This document shows positions 34,209-44,313 of a DNA stretch of 64,000 nt, in pieces. The position numbers and the translations under genes were made by a program. This DNA is from an uncultured Trueperaceae bacterium (GTDB lineage: Bacteria > Deinococcota > Deinococci > Deinococcales > Trueperaceae). Numbering within the stretch: position 1 is the first letter of the stretch; each line of letters begins with the position of its first letter. A model generated the notes under the pieces. That model ran no database searches. It was not told where the DNA came from and was given only the letters and a program-made list of their open reading frames with translations. The DNA lies in the NCBI GenBank assembly GCA_963799485.1, contig CAWCXJ010000005.1, positions 96,001 to 160,000 on the forward strand, read 5' to 3'.

Positions 34209-34975
34209 GGTAGTGGGTCATCAAAGACTGATAAGCTAAGGGATGGTCACTAAAGTTGTTCACTGCCGGCACTGCGAAAGCGACCAACTTGTCAAGAACG
34301 GTCATGCACCAAATGGCAAGCAAAAGTACCTGTGCCGAGCATGTAGCAAGTCCAGCCGTGAGAACGCAAGCGCCAAAGGCTATAGCGAACGGAAGAAAGA
34401 GGAAATACTGAAGTCTTACCAGGAGCGCTCGAGTATGCGCGGGCTGAGCAGAACCTTCGGCGTATCCAGGACGACACTAGCGAAGTGGCTTAAAAAAAGC
34501 CGAGACGACTCCGCCGCTCAGTACCACACTTATCACGCCCGACAAGCCTGAAGCGGTTCAACTCGAACTTGATGAAATGTACCCTGCCACTTCGTTTGGG
34601 GCACTTTGGTCATTCGTGCACCGCAAACACACCAAACGGTGGGTCTGGTTAGCGGTTTGCAAACAAGCCAAACAGGTCGCTGTGCTTGTCACAGGTGGAC
34701 GCGGCGTCGCTACCTGCCGCAAGCTGTGGAGCAGCATTCCTACTACAAACAAGGTACCGTGTTCAGCGACTTCCGGGAAGCTTATCAGGCTGTGCTCTTT
34801 GACAAACAACACCAGGCTGTAGGCAAGGACTCGGGTCTAACCGCCCACGTTGAACGTTTTGACAACCCCATTCGCCAACGTCTGGCTCGCTTTGTTCGAA
34901 AAACCCTAGCCTTTTCCAAGTCAGAACACCTGCACCTGATGTGTCTACAGCTGTTCTTAGTCCGCTACAACCTTA
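34209..34975 (+). mobile_element. Degenerate IS1-family insertion sequence, right end missing
   Basis: Left end GGTAGTGGGTCATCAA; InsA zinc ribbon CRHC..KNG..QKYLCRAC and HTH; A7G slippery site at 34492; InsB DE..WSFV, SD..AY, HVERFD..IRQRLARFVRKTLAFSKS with an extra frameshift. Confidence 0.9.
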
Positions 34976-35215
34976 GTTCGCTCCTTCGTGAAGGGCCGAC
35001 CAGGGGTCGAGGCCGATGTGGGCGCGGAGCATCAGCGAAATGGACAAACCGAAAACCATCAGGCCGAGGTTGAGCTGAACAAGTCTGCGCCAGAATGAGG
35101 CGGTGGCAAGTGGAGCAGCAAGACGGGACACGCCGGTCAGTCTAAGGCGGCGTTCGGGTTTTACGGGTTGCAACGGTAACGTCCCTGGCGTTTTGCGAGC
35201 GTTAGTTTCCGGCAT
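34976..35215 (-). pseudogene. 5' remnant of a YczE/YitT-like membrane protein, truncated at the IS1 remnant
   Basis: RRLVQLNLGLMVFGLSISLMLRAHIGLDPWSALHEG followed by an early stop. Confidence 0.7.
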
Positions 35216-35412
35216 AAGTCGTAAAGCGCGGTTAGATGAGCTTAAGTTTCGCTTAAGCTTTCGGGCTTACCCTTAGCTCGTTGTTCAACAACTTAAGCTG
35301 TGCGCCTGGTGAAGTCAGGTGAGAGAGGGATAGTTTGGGCAAGGTTACAGTGTTGGGATCAAAACGGTATTGAACAAGCTGGTCGTTTTTTGTCTCGAGA
35401 GGACACAGAGGT

Positions 35413-36597
35413 ATGAAACGGTTTCGACTAACAGTAGCGGTTTCTCTGGCAGTTGGCCTGCTGATCTCAGCCTGTAGTCAGGCACCGGAAGCTCGTAAAG
35501 GGCTCGAGCCCCAGTTTGGCACAGCACTAGATGACTTTGCTATTGCCACCGCCTCGGATCCTAGACAAGGGCTTGTCTATGTAACAGGGATTGAGTCGGT
35601 CAACTCCAACAGTCTCGATGATTATAACCGTTTCCTCCGCCAGTACAACAAAAATGGCAAGCTGATCTGGAACAAGCGCTTTAGTAACATAGGCGGAAGT
35701 GGTGCATCCGTAGATAGTGCCGGAAACATCTATGTTCCGGGATTCAAAGCTAGTTCAGGTGGTGGTAAAGCAATTTTTGCCAAACTTAACACTTCAGGTA
35801 GGGTACTTTTTCAACGTGAACTTGGTCGTGGTGTAAACAGCATCGCGGGTTTTGAAGGGGATGCGCGCGGAAACAGTTATCTTTTGGGCGTTTCTAGGCA
35901 GAATGGAACCATTTCGGACAGCTCCCTTTACAAGTACGACAAGCAGGGTAAGTTGATTTGGAAGCAAACAAGTCCTAGCGGCGACAGTAGTGAGTATAAC
36001 TACTTCGTGCCAAACGACCTCGGCGTGGCTGGAGACGGCTCGGTCTATGTTTTAGGAAGCTACTACGATGACGATATTTATCTGCTGACCAAGTACAGTG
36101 GTGTCGGGCATAAGGTTTGGACGATTCAGGCGTGCCCAGCCAGTCCTGGCGGTGGCTCGCCAGCATTAGTGACAGCAGGGGCTAAAGACGTATACCTTGC
36201 TTGTTCCATTGCCGGCAACGTCTTTATCGAAAAGTACGACCGGAACGGTTTGCCTGTCTGGGGAGATTATCGTTATGCCGACGGTACGGAAGTGAGTGCT
36301 ATCGACGTTGACAGCAACGAAAATCTGTATGTTGCGGGTTCAGTCTTCTCACAAGATAATGGTTCAGACCCGGATTTGTTCATTAGCAAATACACGACAA
36401 ACGGAAAACTGAGTTGGAACTACGCGCCGAGACGTAAAAGCGCGGCAGAGAATGTATTCGGCGTTTCTGCAAATGATCGCAGGCGTATTTACATTGCCGG
36501 ATATACAACAGGTAAGGTCAACGGCAAAAATTCGGGGGGCGCTGATGCCTTCTTAATGAGGATTGGTGATAAAGGTCAAGAAGTCTGGGAGCGCTAA
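35413..36597 (+). CDS. Beta-propeller lipoprotein (SBBP-like repeats)
   Basis: Lipobox ISAC; repeats VDSAGNIYV, DARGNSY, VDSNENLYVAG, KYDKQGKLIW, DLFISKY; visibly more AT-rich than neighbours. Confidence 0.85.
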   Translation: MKRFRLTVAVSLAVGLLISACSQAPEARKGLEPQFGTALDDFAIATASDPRQGLVYVTGIESVNSNSLDDYNRFLRQYNKNGKLIWNKRFSNIGGSGASVDSAGNIYVPGFKASSGGGKAIFAKLNTSGRVLFQRELGRGVNSIAGFEGDARGNSYLLGVSRQNGTISDSSLYKYDKQGKLIWKQTSPSGDSSEYNYFVPNDLGVAGDGSVYVLGSYYDDDIYLLTKYSGVGHKVWTIQACPASPGGGSPALVTAGAKDVYLACSIAGNVFIEKYDRNGLPVWGDYRYADGTEVSAIDVDSNENLYVAGSVFSQDNGSDPDLFISKYTTNGKLSWNYAPRRKSAAENVFGVSANDRRRIYIAGYTTGKVNGKNSGGADAFLMRIGDKGQEVWER

Positions 36598-36615
36598 CCA
36601 GCCTCGCTAAACAAG

Positions 36616-36643
36616 AAGCTCCGGCGAAAACCGGAGCTTTTTT
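36616..36643. terminator. Terminator between convergent genes
   Basis: AAGCTCCGG-CGAAAA-CCGGAGCTT followed by a T run. Confidence 0.8.
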
Positions 36644-38172
36644 TATTCCCACTCGATTGTCGCCGGTGGTTTGCTGGTGATGTCGTACACCACCCGGTTC
36701 ACCGTCGGCACACTGTTGACAATCCGGTTGGAAACCGTCGCTAAAAAGTCGTGTGGCAAGCGCGTCCAGTCGGCGGTCATGCCGTCGGACGAAGACACGG
36801 CCCGGAGCGCGACGGTGTTGGCGTAGGTGCGTTGGTCGCCCATGACGCCGACCGACATGATGGGGGTCAGGATAGCTAGAGCCTGCCAGGTGCTGTCGTA
36901 GAGTCCAAATTCGCGCAGCGCCGAGATAAAGATGTCGTCAACGCGCCGTAAAACCTCGAGCCGTTCCGGGGTCACCTCACCCAGGCAGCGCAGCGCGAGC
37001 CCCGGCCCCGGAAACGGATGACGCCCCGATAAAGCGGGCGGCAAACCCAAAAGCGCAGCGAGTTCGCGTACCTCGTCTTTGAAGAGCGTGCGGAAGGGCT
37101 CGATCAGCTTGAACTGCATATTTGCCGGTAGGCCGCCGACGTTGTGGTGCGATTTGATGTTGGCTGCGCCGTGTCCGCCCGCCGATTCGATCACGTCCGG
37201 GTAGAGCGTGCCTTGCGCCAGAAAGCGAATCCGGCCTTCGGCCTGCTTTTTCCTGACTACCGAATCGAAGACCTCGATAAATTCGCGCCCGATGATCTTG
37301 CGTTTTTGTTCGGGGTCTTCAACGCCTCTGAGCGCTTCTAAAAATGTCTCGGACGCATCAATGACGCTCAGGTTCATACCGACGCCGCGCAGCGCCTTTT
37401 CGACCTCTTGGGCCTCGCCGGTACGCAGCAGGCCGTGATCGACAAACACCGCTTGCAACTTGTCGCCGAGGGCGCGGTTGAGGAGCAGCCCTAAGGTGCT
37501 CGAGTCCACTCCGCCCGAAATCGCTAACAGCACCCGTTCGTCTTTGACCTGCGCTTTGACCTCACGGGTGAGGGACTCGAGGATTTGCTCCGGCGTCCAG
37601 TCGCGCGGGATCCCGGTGCGGCGCAGGAAATTCTCCAGCAGCGTGCGGCCCTTGGGCGTGTGCTGCACCTCCGGGTGAAACTGCATACAGTAAATCCCCC
37701 GCACCGGGTTTTCCATCGCCGCAATTTCGGTGTCGCGGGTGCCGGCGACCACTTCGAAGCCTTGCGGCAAACGCATCACCGAGTCGCCGTGACTCATCCA
37801 CGCCGTAAACTCACCCTCGACGCCGCTAAACAGCTCGCCCCGGTAGCCTGAAAGCTGCGCCTTGCCGTACTCGCGTACCCGGCTCGCCGTGACTTTGCCG
37901 CCCGCGGCCTGCGCGACGAGCTGCATCCCGTAACAGATGGCGAAAATAGGCAAGCGCGCCTCCAGGAGCCCGTGGGGAAGAACGGGCGCACCTTCGTCGT
38001 AAACGCTGCCGGGGCCGCCGGACAAGATGACGCCCCTGGGGTCTTGCGCCAAAATCTCGTCAAGCGTCGCGTCGGCCCCCAAAATGACCGAGAAGGCGCT
38101 TAGTTCGCGGAGCCGCCGCGCGATGAGGCGCGTGTACTGGGAGCCGTAGTCGAGTACGACGATACTAGCCAT
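36643..38172 (-). CDS. guaA: GMP synthase (glutamine-hydrolysing)
   Basis: [45 protein letters not shown]. Confidence 0.98.
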   Translation of the reverse strand: MASIVVLDYGSQYTRLIARRLRELSAFSVILGADATLDEILAQDPRGVILSGGPGSVYDEGAPVLPHGLLEARLPIFAICYGMQLVAQAAGGKVTASRVREYGKAQLSGYRGELFSGVEGEFTAWMSHGDSVMRLPQGFEVVAGTRDTEIAAMENPVRGIYCMQFHPEVQHTPKGRTLLENFLRRTGIPRDWTPEQILESLTREVKAQVKDERVLLAISGGVDSSTLGLLLNRALGDKLQAVFVDHGLLRTGEAQEVEKALRGVGMNLSVIDASETFLEALRGVEDPEQKRKIIGREFIEVFDSVVRKKQAEGRIRFLAQGTLYPDVIESAGGHGAANIKSHHNVGGLPANMQFKLIEPFRTLFKDEVRELAALLGLPPALSGRHPFPGPGLALRCLGEVTPERLEVLRRVDDIFISALREFGLYDSTWQALAILTPIMSVGVMGDQRTYANTVALRAVSSSDGMTADWTRLPHDFLATVSNRIVNSVPTVNRVVYDITSKPPATIEWE

Positions 38173-38227
38173 GAAGTCCTTTCGCGTGTGCGGCAAGTTG
38201 AACTGTTTTTTGAACCCTTGTCACGCG

Positions 38228-39643
38228 TTAGATAAACTGGAGTACGAGCAGTACCAGCAGGGCAATGCCGAGCAGCGTCAAGAGAAGAACCCGTCGCCCG
38301 CCCCGGTAAAGTGTCGGATCGGGGGCGCGGTCGTCGATGTCGTCGATGACCTCGAAGTCGTCGGGGTCGTCGCGCTGCTCGTCGCGCCTGCGGCTCGAGT
38401 CCTTTTCGGTGCGCGCCGTACCGGCTGCGTTCGGGATAGGCTGAACCCGGACTCGAGGGGGTAGCGGCGCAGGTTCGGTCGCCTGGGTCGGCTGCCGCGT
38501 AACCGTCTGTGTAACCCTGGTTTGTGTGGTGGGTAGTACGGCGGGCGCGGGCGGTTTTGCCGCTGCAACGTCGCTACCTTCACTACCTTTAGCGCCGTGT
38601 TTGGCGTTGTGCGCCGCTAGACGTATTTTATAGGCTTCGGTCGCGTCGAGCTGTCTGAGCAGGTCGGTTGAACGTTGAGCTTCGGGTGTGCCCGGTAGCG
38701 ACCGCACGCTACTTACAGACACATTACTTACAGACACATTCGTAAGTGGGCTCGAGGGTGTCGGGGTTTCCGGTGTAGGCTCCCGCTGAGCGGGCTCAGG
38801 CACGAGTTTTTCTGCCGTCTCCCGTCCCGGTGATTGCGCTGTTTGCTGCCGCCGATATTCTTTGAGCTTAAAGGTTTTGGGGGGCAGCGTGAGGTTGCTT
38901 AGGTCGTCGCTCAAACCGTCTCGTTCTGCGCCCGGGTCGTCTTCAGCGTCGTCTTCGGCAAAGCGTTCGAACGCCGAGGTGTCGCGGTGCGCCTGCGGGT
39001 TTGGTTTCGGAACGCTGCCGCTAAAGGGATAGCGCTCTAGGGCGGCGCGCAACTCGTGGGCGTGGGGCCGCGCGCCCGGATCGGCGTTTAGGCAGCGGTC
39101 GAGAAGGTCGCGCAGGTCGCCGGGAAGTGGCCCGGAAAGGTGTTTGACCGTCCGCGCCCACGAGAAGATGTCGCCGGCAAACGACGGGCCGCTGATGCGT
39201 TCGGGCGCGCTGAATTCGCTCGGGCGTACCGGCCACGGCACCCCGTAGCCCTCGAGTACAAACCTGCCCGACTTGCCCCCCTCACGGTCGAAAAAGATAC
39301 GCTCCGGGGACAGGTCGCCGTGAACGACGCCCGCTTTGGCCGCGTCGTCGAGCGCGGCGGCGGTTTGCCGCAAAAGTACCTCGACGAGGGGCGGGGTAAC
39401 CGCGCCCCTCGACTTTTTGAATTCGTCCGAAAAAGCGCTGACGACCTCACCTGCGAGCCCGGTAAAGCTCGAGCTTAAAACCGGCGGGATAAAGTCCGAT
39501 CTAAGCTCGCTCTCTTTAAGGGTCGGTTCGCCGACAAAACTGTAGAGCCTGACCGGCAAGCCGTTTACCACGTCGCGTCCGGCAAACGTCTGTACGCCGC
39601 CGTGTTCGCCGATCAGTTCACTCGGTTGGTAGCGTTTAGCCAT
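38228..39643 (-). CDS. Degenerate Ser/Thr kinase-fold protein with disordered linker and C-terminal TM anchor
   Basis: VVHGDLSPERI, SAPE, DIFSW, CLNADPGARP; no Gly loop or DFG (LEGYG instead). Confidence 0.7.
   Translation of the reverse strand: MAKRYQPSELIGEHGGVQTFAGRDVVNGLPVRLYSFVGEPTLKESELRSDFIPPVLSSSFTGLAGEVVSAFSDEFKKSRGAVTPPLVEVLLRQTAAALDDAAKAGVVHGDLSPERIFFDREGGKSGRFVLEGYGVPWPVRPSEFSAPERISGPSFAGDIFSWARTVKHLSGPLPGDLRDLLDRCLNADPGARPHAHELRAALERYPFSGSVPKPNPQAHRDTSAFERFAEDDAEDDPGAERDGLSDDLSNLTLPPKTFKLKEYRRQQTAQSPGRETAEKLVPEPAQREPTPETPTPSSPLTNVSVSNVSVSSVRSLPGTPEAQRSTDLLRQLDATEAYKIRLAAHNAKHGAKGSEGSDVAAAKPPAPAVLPTTQTRVTQTVTRQPTQATEPAPLPPRVRVQPIPNAAGTARTEKDSSRRRDEQRDDPDDFEVIDDIDDRAPDPTLYRGGRRVLLLTLLGIALLVLLVLQFI
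38711..38740. repeat. Perfect 15-bp tandem duplication in the pseudokinase linker
   Basis: ACTTACAGACACATT twice (NVSVS twice on the minus strand). Confidence 0.85.
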
Positions 39644-39812
39644 GCAGCTCAGCTTTGGCTCGGCTTGGGGAGCGCTGCAAACATAGAACACATCTCACCC
39701 GCCTAGTATAGCCCTAACCTGCCCTGCTCCGACCATGAACCTTTGCGCGCGTCAAACCCGGCAGGTGTTCTGAACCCTTGTGAGCGCAAGGCGAAAGAGT
39801 TAGCGTAACCTC

Positions 39813-40868
39813 ATGGCAGAGATTACCGAAAAAGCGCTTTTGGATGCGCTCCGCACCGTAGACGACCCCGAGCTGCACCGCGACCTGGTAAGCCTCGGGA
39901 TGATCAAACAGCTGGATTTCGACGGGAGTTCGGTAACGCTGACCGTCAACCTGACGACCCCGGCGTGTCCGATGAAAGCGCAGATCGAACGCGACGTGAG
40001 AACCGCGCTCGCCCGTGTTCCCGGCGTCGAGCAGGTCAACTTGTCGTTCGACGCGCAGGTCAGGGCTTCCTCGCAAAAAGAACTCCCCGGCATCAAAAAC
40101 GTCATTGCCGTCGGATCGGGTAAAGGCGGCGTCGGTAAATCGACGGTCGCCGCAAACCTGGCCGCGAGTCTGGCTTTGGAGGGCGCGGCAGTCGGTCTTC
40201 TGGACGCCGACATTTACGGCCCGAGTCAGGCCAAGATGTTCGCCGTCGAGGGCAAGCGCCTGATGGCGGACGACGAAAAACGCATCTTGCCTTTGCGCAA
40301 CTACGGCGTCAAGGTGATTTCGATTGCCAACCTGGTCGAAGACGGGCAAGCCTTGACCTGGCGCGGCCCGATTTTGCACGGTACCCTGACGCAGCTCCTT
40401 AAACAAACCGTCTGGGGTGAGCTCGATTATCTCATCGTCGATTTGCCCCCCGGTACCGGCGACGTGCAGCTTTCGCTGGCACAACTCGTACCGCTGACCG
40501 GCGCAGTCGTTGTCACCACGCCGCAAGATGTCGCGTTGTTGGACGTGCGCCGCGCCTATACGATGCTCCGCAAAACGCACGTACCGGTTTTGGGCGTGAT
40601 CGAAAATATGTCGTATTACGAACTACCCGACGGCAGCCGCGATTACATCTTCGGCGAGGGCGGCGCAGCCAAATTTGCCGAGGCTGAGCGGCTCGCGCTG
40701 CTGGGTCAGATTCCGATTACGCGGGCGATGCGTGAAGCGGGCGACGCCGGGAAACCGCTCGTGGTCTCTTCACCTGAGAGTCCGGACGCACAGGCGCTGC
40801 GTAAAGCCGCACGTATTTTAGCCGGTCAAATCAGTATTCAGAACCTAAACGCGCTGCCTGTTCTCTAG
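39813..40868 (+). CDS. mrp: Mrp/NBP35 (ApbC) Fe-S cluster carrier ATPase
   Basis: DUF59 N-domain (DPEL, LTTPACP), GKGGVGKST, DADIYGPS, DLPPGTGD, ENMS. Confidence 0.94.
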   Translation: MAEITEKALLDALRTVDDPELHRDLVSLGMIKQLDFDGSSVTLTVNLTTPACPMKAQIERDVRTALARVPGVEQVNLSFDAQVRASSQKELPGIKNVIAVGSGKGGVGKSTVAANLAASLALEGAAVGLLDADIYGPSQAKMFAVEGKRLMADDEKRILPLRNYGVKVISIANLVEDGQALTWRGPILHGTLTQLLKQTVWGELDYLIVDLPPGTGDVQLSLAQLVPLTGAVVVTTPQDVALLDVRRAYTMLRKTHVPVLGVIENMSYYELPDGSRDYIFGEGGAAKFAEAERLALLGQIPITRAMREAGDAGKPLVVSSPESPDAQALRKAARILAGQISIQNLNALPVL

Positions 40869-40914
40869 CTTGCCCGTCTAGCTTACAAGGTATACAGTCT
40901 GCTATACTTCGGGA

Positions 40915-41208
40915 GCGTTGAGCGGGAAGAGTAACCCGGCGATGCCCGACAGAGAACCCAGGTGACGCGCTGAGAGCCTGGGCCGGGAGCCGTGTGAACG
41001 TCGCCCGTGAGCAGGGGAAGAAAGACGTTATTCGTGTCTGAGTAACGTTTATTAGACCCCCCGGTGGCTGCCCGTTTGCAGTCTGAATGAAGTGCTTAGA
41101 GGTATCATCTCTAACGGATACTTTTAAGAAATGCGGTGGTACCGCGGGGTTCGCCTCGTCCGCAAAGCCCACATTTACGCTTGGGCCACATGCGGAGGAG
41201 GTTTTTTT
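40915..41208 (+). ncRNA. T-box riboswitch (Val) upstream of valS
   Basis: Extended -10 TGCTATACT at 40900; AGAGA and GCTGAGA stem I motifs; specifier GTC at 41000; T-box GGTGGTACCGCG at 41135; terminator CCTCGTCCGCA/TGCGGAGGAGG plus T7. Confidence 0.9.
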
Positions 41209-41415
41209 GTGGCGACTCAACCATCAGCCGGTACCAACAAAGACGAGTTCGGTGAACTGTACAGGCTCGAGCACACCCGATCGTTCACCCCGAAGAGAAC
41301 AGGGCGCGAGGTTTTTGCATAGATATGCGCTCGTTTACTATAACTTTTAAGCGCCTACGGCTAAGACATCAGTCAGTCCCGCTTTTTACTCATTTCGAGA
41401 TTAAGGAAGTTTGAC

Positions 41416-44040
41416 ATGCCCGAACTCGCCAAACAGTACGACCCTTCAAGCGTAGAAGGAAAATGGGTCAAACGCTGGGCTGAAACGCCCTTTACGGCAG
41501 ATGCACAGAGCGAAAAACCCCCCTTTTGCATCGTCATTCCGCCGCCGAACGTGACGGGCAATTTGCACCTCGGTCACGCCTTCGACAATACGCTTATCGA
41601 CACCCTGATCCGTTTCAAGCGGATGAACGGCTTTGAAGCGCTGTTTCAACCCGGTACCGACCACGCGGGTATCTCCACCCAAGTGCAGGTCGAGCGGGCT
41701 CTGCGCGCCGAAGGCAAAACCAAGGAAGACCTGGGCCGTGAGGCGTTTTTAGAGCGCATGTGGGCTTGGAAAGAGCGTTACGGCGATATTATTTTAGGAC
41801 AGCTTCAGCGGTTGGGAGTTTCCGCCGACTGGAGCCGTACCCGTTTTACGCTGGATGAAGGCTTGACCAGAGCGGTGCGTAAACAGTTTGTAGAGCTGTA
41901 TCACCGGGGGCTCATCTACCGGGGTGAGCGCATCGTCAACTGGGACCCGGAGAGCCGGACGACCTTGAGTGACCTCGAGGTCGACCGCGAAGACCGCCCT
42001 GGAGAGCTCTACACGCTTTCTTACGAACTCGGAAACGGCGGCGCGCTTACGGTTGCGACCGTGCGCCCTGAAACGATCTTCGCCGACGTCGCCTTAGCCG
42101 TTCACCCGGATGACGCGCGCTTTACGCATTTGCACGGACAAAAGGCCCGGATTCCGCTCACCGAACGCTGGATACCGATTATCACCGACGAAGCCGTCGA
42201 GATGGATTTCGGTACGGGCGCGCTCAAGATTACGCCCGCGCACGACCCGACCGACTTTGAAATCGGTGAGCGCCACGGCTTGCCGCACCCGAGCGTGATT
42301 GACCTGGACGCCAAGCTGACGGGAGAACTCGTGCCCGAAGCTTTTAGAGGGCTGGACAGGTTCGAGGCCAGAACCGCCGTCGTTACTGCTTTGCAAGAAG
42401 CCGAGAACCTCGTGAACACGCAGGCTTACACGGTTCCGCTCGGGGTGTCGCAACGCACGGGCGTGCCGGTCGAACCGATTCTCTCAACGCAGTGGTTTTT
42501 CAAGATGGGCGAGGTTGCGCCGCGAGTTCTCGCTGCGCTTGGGGCCGGTGAGATGCGCCTTTCCCCCGAGCGCTACACCAAGGTCAACCGCGACTGGCTC
42601 CAAAACCTGCGCGACTGGAACATCTCCCGGCAGCTCTGGTGGGGCCATCAGATTCCGGCGTGGTTTGATGCTGAGGGCAATATCTATGTGCCCGACCCGG
42701 AAAGTCCCGAGCTCGAGCCGCCCGACGACCCGCGTTATGCGGGCATTACGCTGACCCAAGACAGTGATGTGTTCGACACCTGGTTTTCATCGAACCTCTG
42801 GCCTTTTTCAACCCTCGGCTGGCCCGACTTGGAAGACCCGTTTTTTAGGAAGTTTTACCCGACTTCAGCGCTCGTTACGGGCTACGACATTCTGTTTTTT
42901 TGGGTGACGAAAATGCAGTTGGCAAGTTATGCGTTACTGGACGAAAAGCCTTTCTCTGACATCGTGCTGCACGGGCTGGTCTTGGACGAACACGGGCAGA
43001 AGATGTCGAAATCGAAGGGCAACGGGATCGATCCCTTGACCGTGATGGACGCGTTCGGTGCGGACGCGCTGCGGTTTGCGGTGGCGCATACCTCCACAGG
43101 CGGGCAAGACATCCGCTGGGACGCGCGCCGCGTCGAGATGGGCCGTAACTTCAACAACAAGCTCTGGAACGCAGCGCGGTTTGCGATGCTGAATTTTGGC
43201 GACGCTGTCCCTCGAAGGGACGCCGTAAAACCTGAAACCCTCGCCGACCGCTGGATTTTAAGCCGGTTGCAGCACGCTACTCAGGAGGTGACGCGGCACC
43301 TCGGCGCGTTCGATTTGGGCGCGGCGACCCGCGCCGCCTACGAGTTCGTCTGGTCGGAGTTTTGCGACTGGTACTTGGAGGCGGCGAAACCGGAGCTGCG
43401 CGAAGGCAACGCGGTGACCAGAGCGGTTTTGGCTCGCGTCCTAACCGACATCTTGAAGCTGTTGCACCCGCTCATCCCGTTTATTACTTCAGAGCTGTAC
43501 GAAGCGCTAGGTTTTGACGAGCAGTTGGGTTGGGCGTCTTGGCCCCAGGTTGACAAGGCGTTTACAGATTCTAGAGTAGAGCACGATTTTTCTCTCTTAC
43601 AAGCCTCGGTTACGGAGGTGCGAAATCTAAGAGCGAAGGCAAACGTCCCGTTCTCGCAGAGAATTGACGATCTGCTGGTCAAAGGTGACGTTGCTCGCGT
43701 AATCGGTGAGAACAGAAGGGTTTTTGACAGCCTGGCCAACGCTGGTGTTACCTTTGAGGCAAGTGTAAAGCACACGGATAGTGCCGCCCTCACTTCGGCT
43801 TTTACAGGTGGAGATATAACTGTCCCTCTCGAGGGTCTAGTAGACCTGGACGAGTGGCGGGCAAGGCAGGAAAAACGCCTGAAAGAGCTGCAGAATAACC
43901 GTGACAAAAGTGCTAAAAAGCTGTCAAACGCTAAGTTTGTGCAAAACGCGCCCGCTGCGGTCGTCGAAGAAGAAAAACGTCGCCTTGAAGAAGCCGAAGC
44001 GCTGATTGGGGGGCTCGAGGTCAGCTTGCGTGCGCTTTAG
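41416..44040 (+). CDS. valS: Valine--tRNA ligase
   Basis: PPPNVTGNLHLGH, DWNISRQLWWGH, KMSKSKGN, C-terminal coiled coil (KLSNAKFVQNAP). Confidence 0.98.
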   Translation: MPELAKQYDPSSVEGKWVKRWAETPFTADAQSEKPPFCIVIPPPNVTGNLHLGHAFDNTLIDTLIRFKRMNGFEALFQPGTDHAGISTQVQVERALRAEGKTKEDLGREAFLERMWAWKERYGDIILGQLQRLGVSADWSRTRFTLDEGLTRAVRKQFVELYHRGLIYRGERIVNWDPESRTTLSDLEVDREDRPGELYTLSYELGNGGALTVATVRPETIFADVALAVHPDDARFTHLHGQKARIPLTERWIPIITDEAVEMDFGTGALKITPAHDPTDFEIGERHGLPHPSVIDLDAKLTGELVPEAFRGLDRFEARTAVVTALQEAENLVNTQAYTVPLGVSQRTGVPVEPILSTQWFFKMGEVAPRVLAALGAGEMRLSPERYTKVNRDWLQNLRDWNISRQLWWGHQIPAWFDAEGNIYVPDPESPELEPPDDPRYAGITLTQDSDVFDTWFSSNLWPFSTLGWPDLEDPFFRKFYPTSALVTGYDILFFWVTKMQLASYALLDEKPFSDIVLHGLVLDEHGQKMSKSKGNGIDPLTVMDAFGADALRFAVAHTSTGGQDIRWDARRVEMGRNFNNKLWNAARFAMLNFGDAVPRRDAVKPETLADRWILSRLQHATQEVTRHLGAFDLGAATRAAYEFVWSEFCDWYLEAAKPELREGNAVTRAVLARVLTDILKLLHPLIPFITSELYEALGFDEQLGWASWPQVDKAFTDSRVEHDFSLLQASVTEVRNLRAKANVPFSQRIDDLLVKGDVARVIGENRRVFDSLANAGVTFEASVKHTDSAALTSAFTGGDITVPLEGLVDLDEWRARQEKRLKELQNNRDKSAKKLSNAKFVQNAPAAVVEEEKRRLEEAEALIGGLEVSLRAL

Positions 44041-44244
44041 CACCTGCCGAGGGTAGAGCAGTAAAAAAGCTACAGCTCGGGTTCGGTGCCGGGGAAGCTC
44101 AGCTCGAGCGCAGCCGTAAGCACCTAAAAGGGTTTAGTTTGCAGCGCCCGAGACCGCCTGTTCAAGCCGACTTGGGGGCATTAGCAAACTTCAAAAAATA
44201 CCCTCGCCGGGCGCGTGTTTTGCTCCGGTCGCTGCTCTAACCAC

Positions 44245-44273
44245 AAAAAAGCCTCACCCGTAGGTGAGGCTTT
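44245..44273. terminator. Bidirectional terminator between valS and the S8 peptidase
   Basis: AAAAAA-GCCTCACC-CGTA-GGTGAGGC-TTT. Confidence 0.8.
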
Positions 44274-44313
44274 GAGAGCTTGGAACCTTGTTCGGCGGAA
44301 ACCCCATTCGGCC

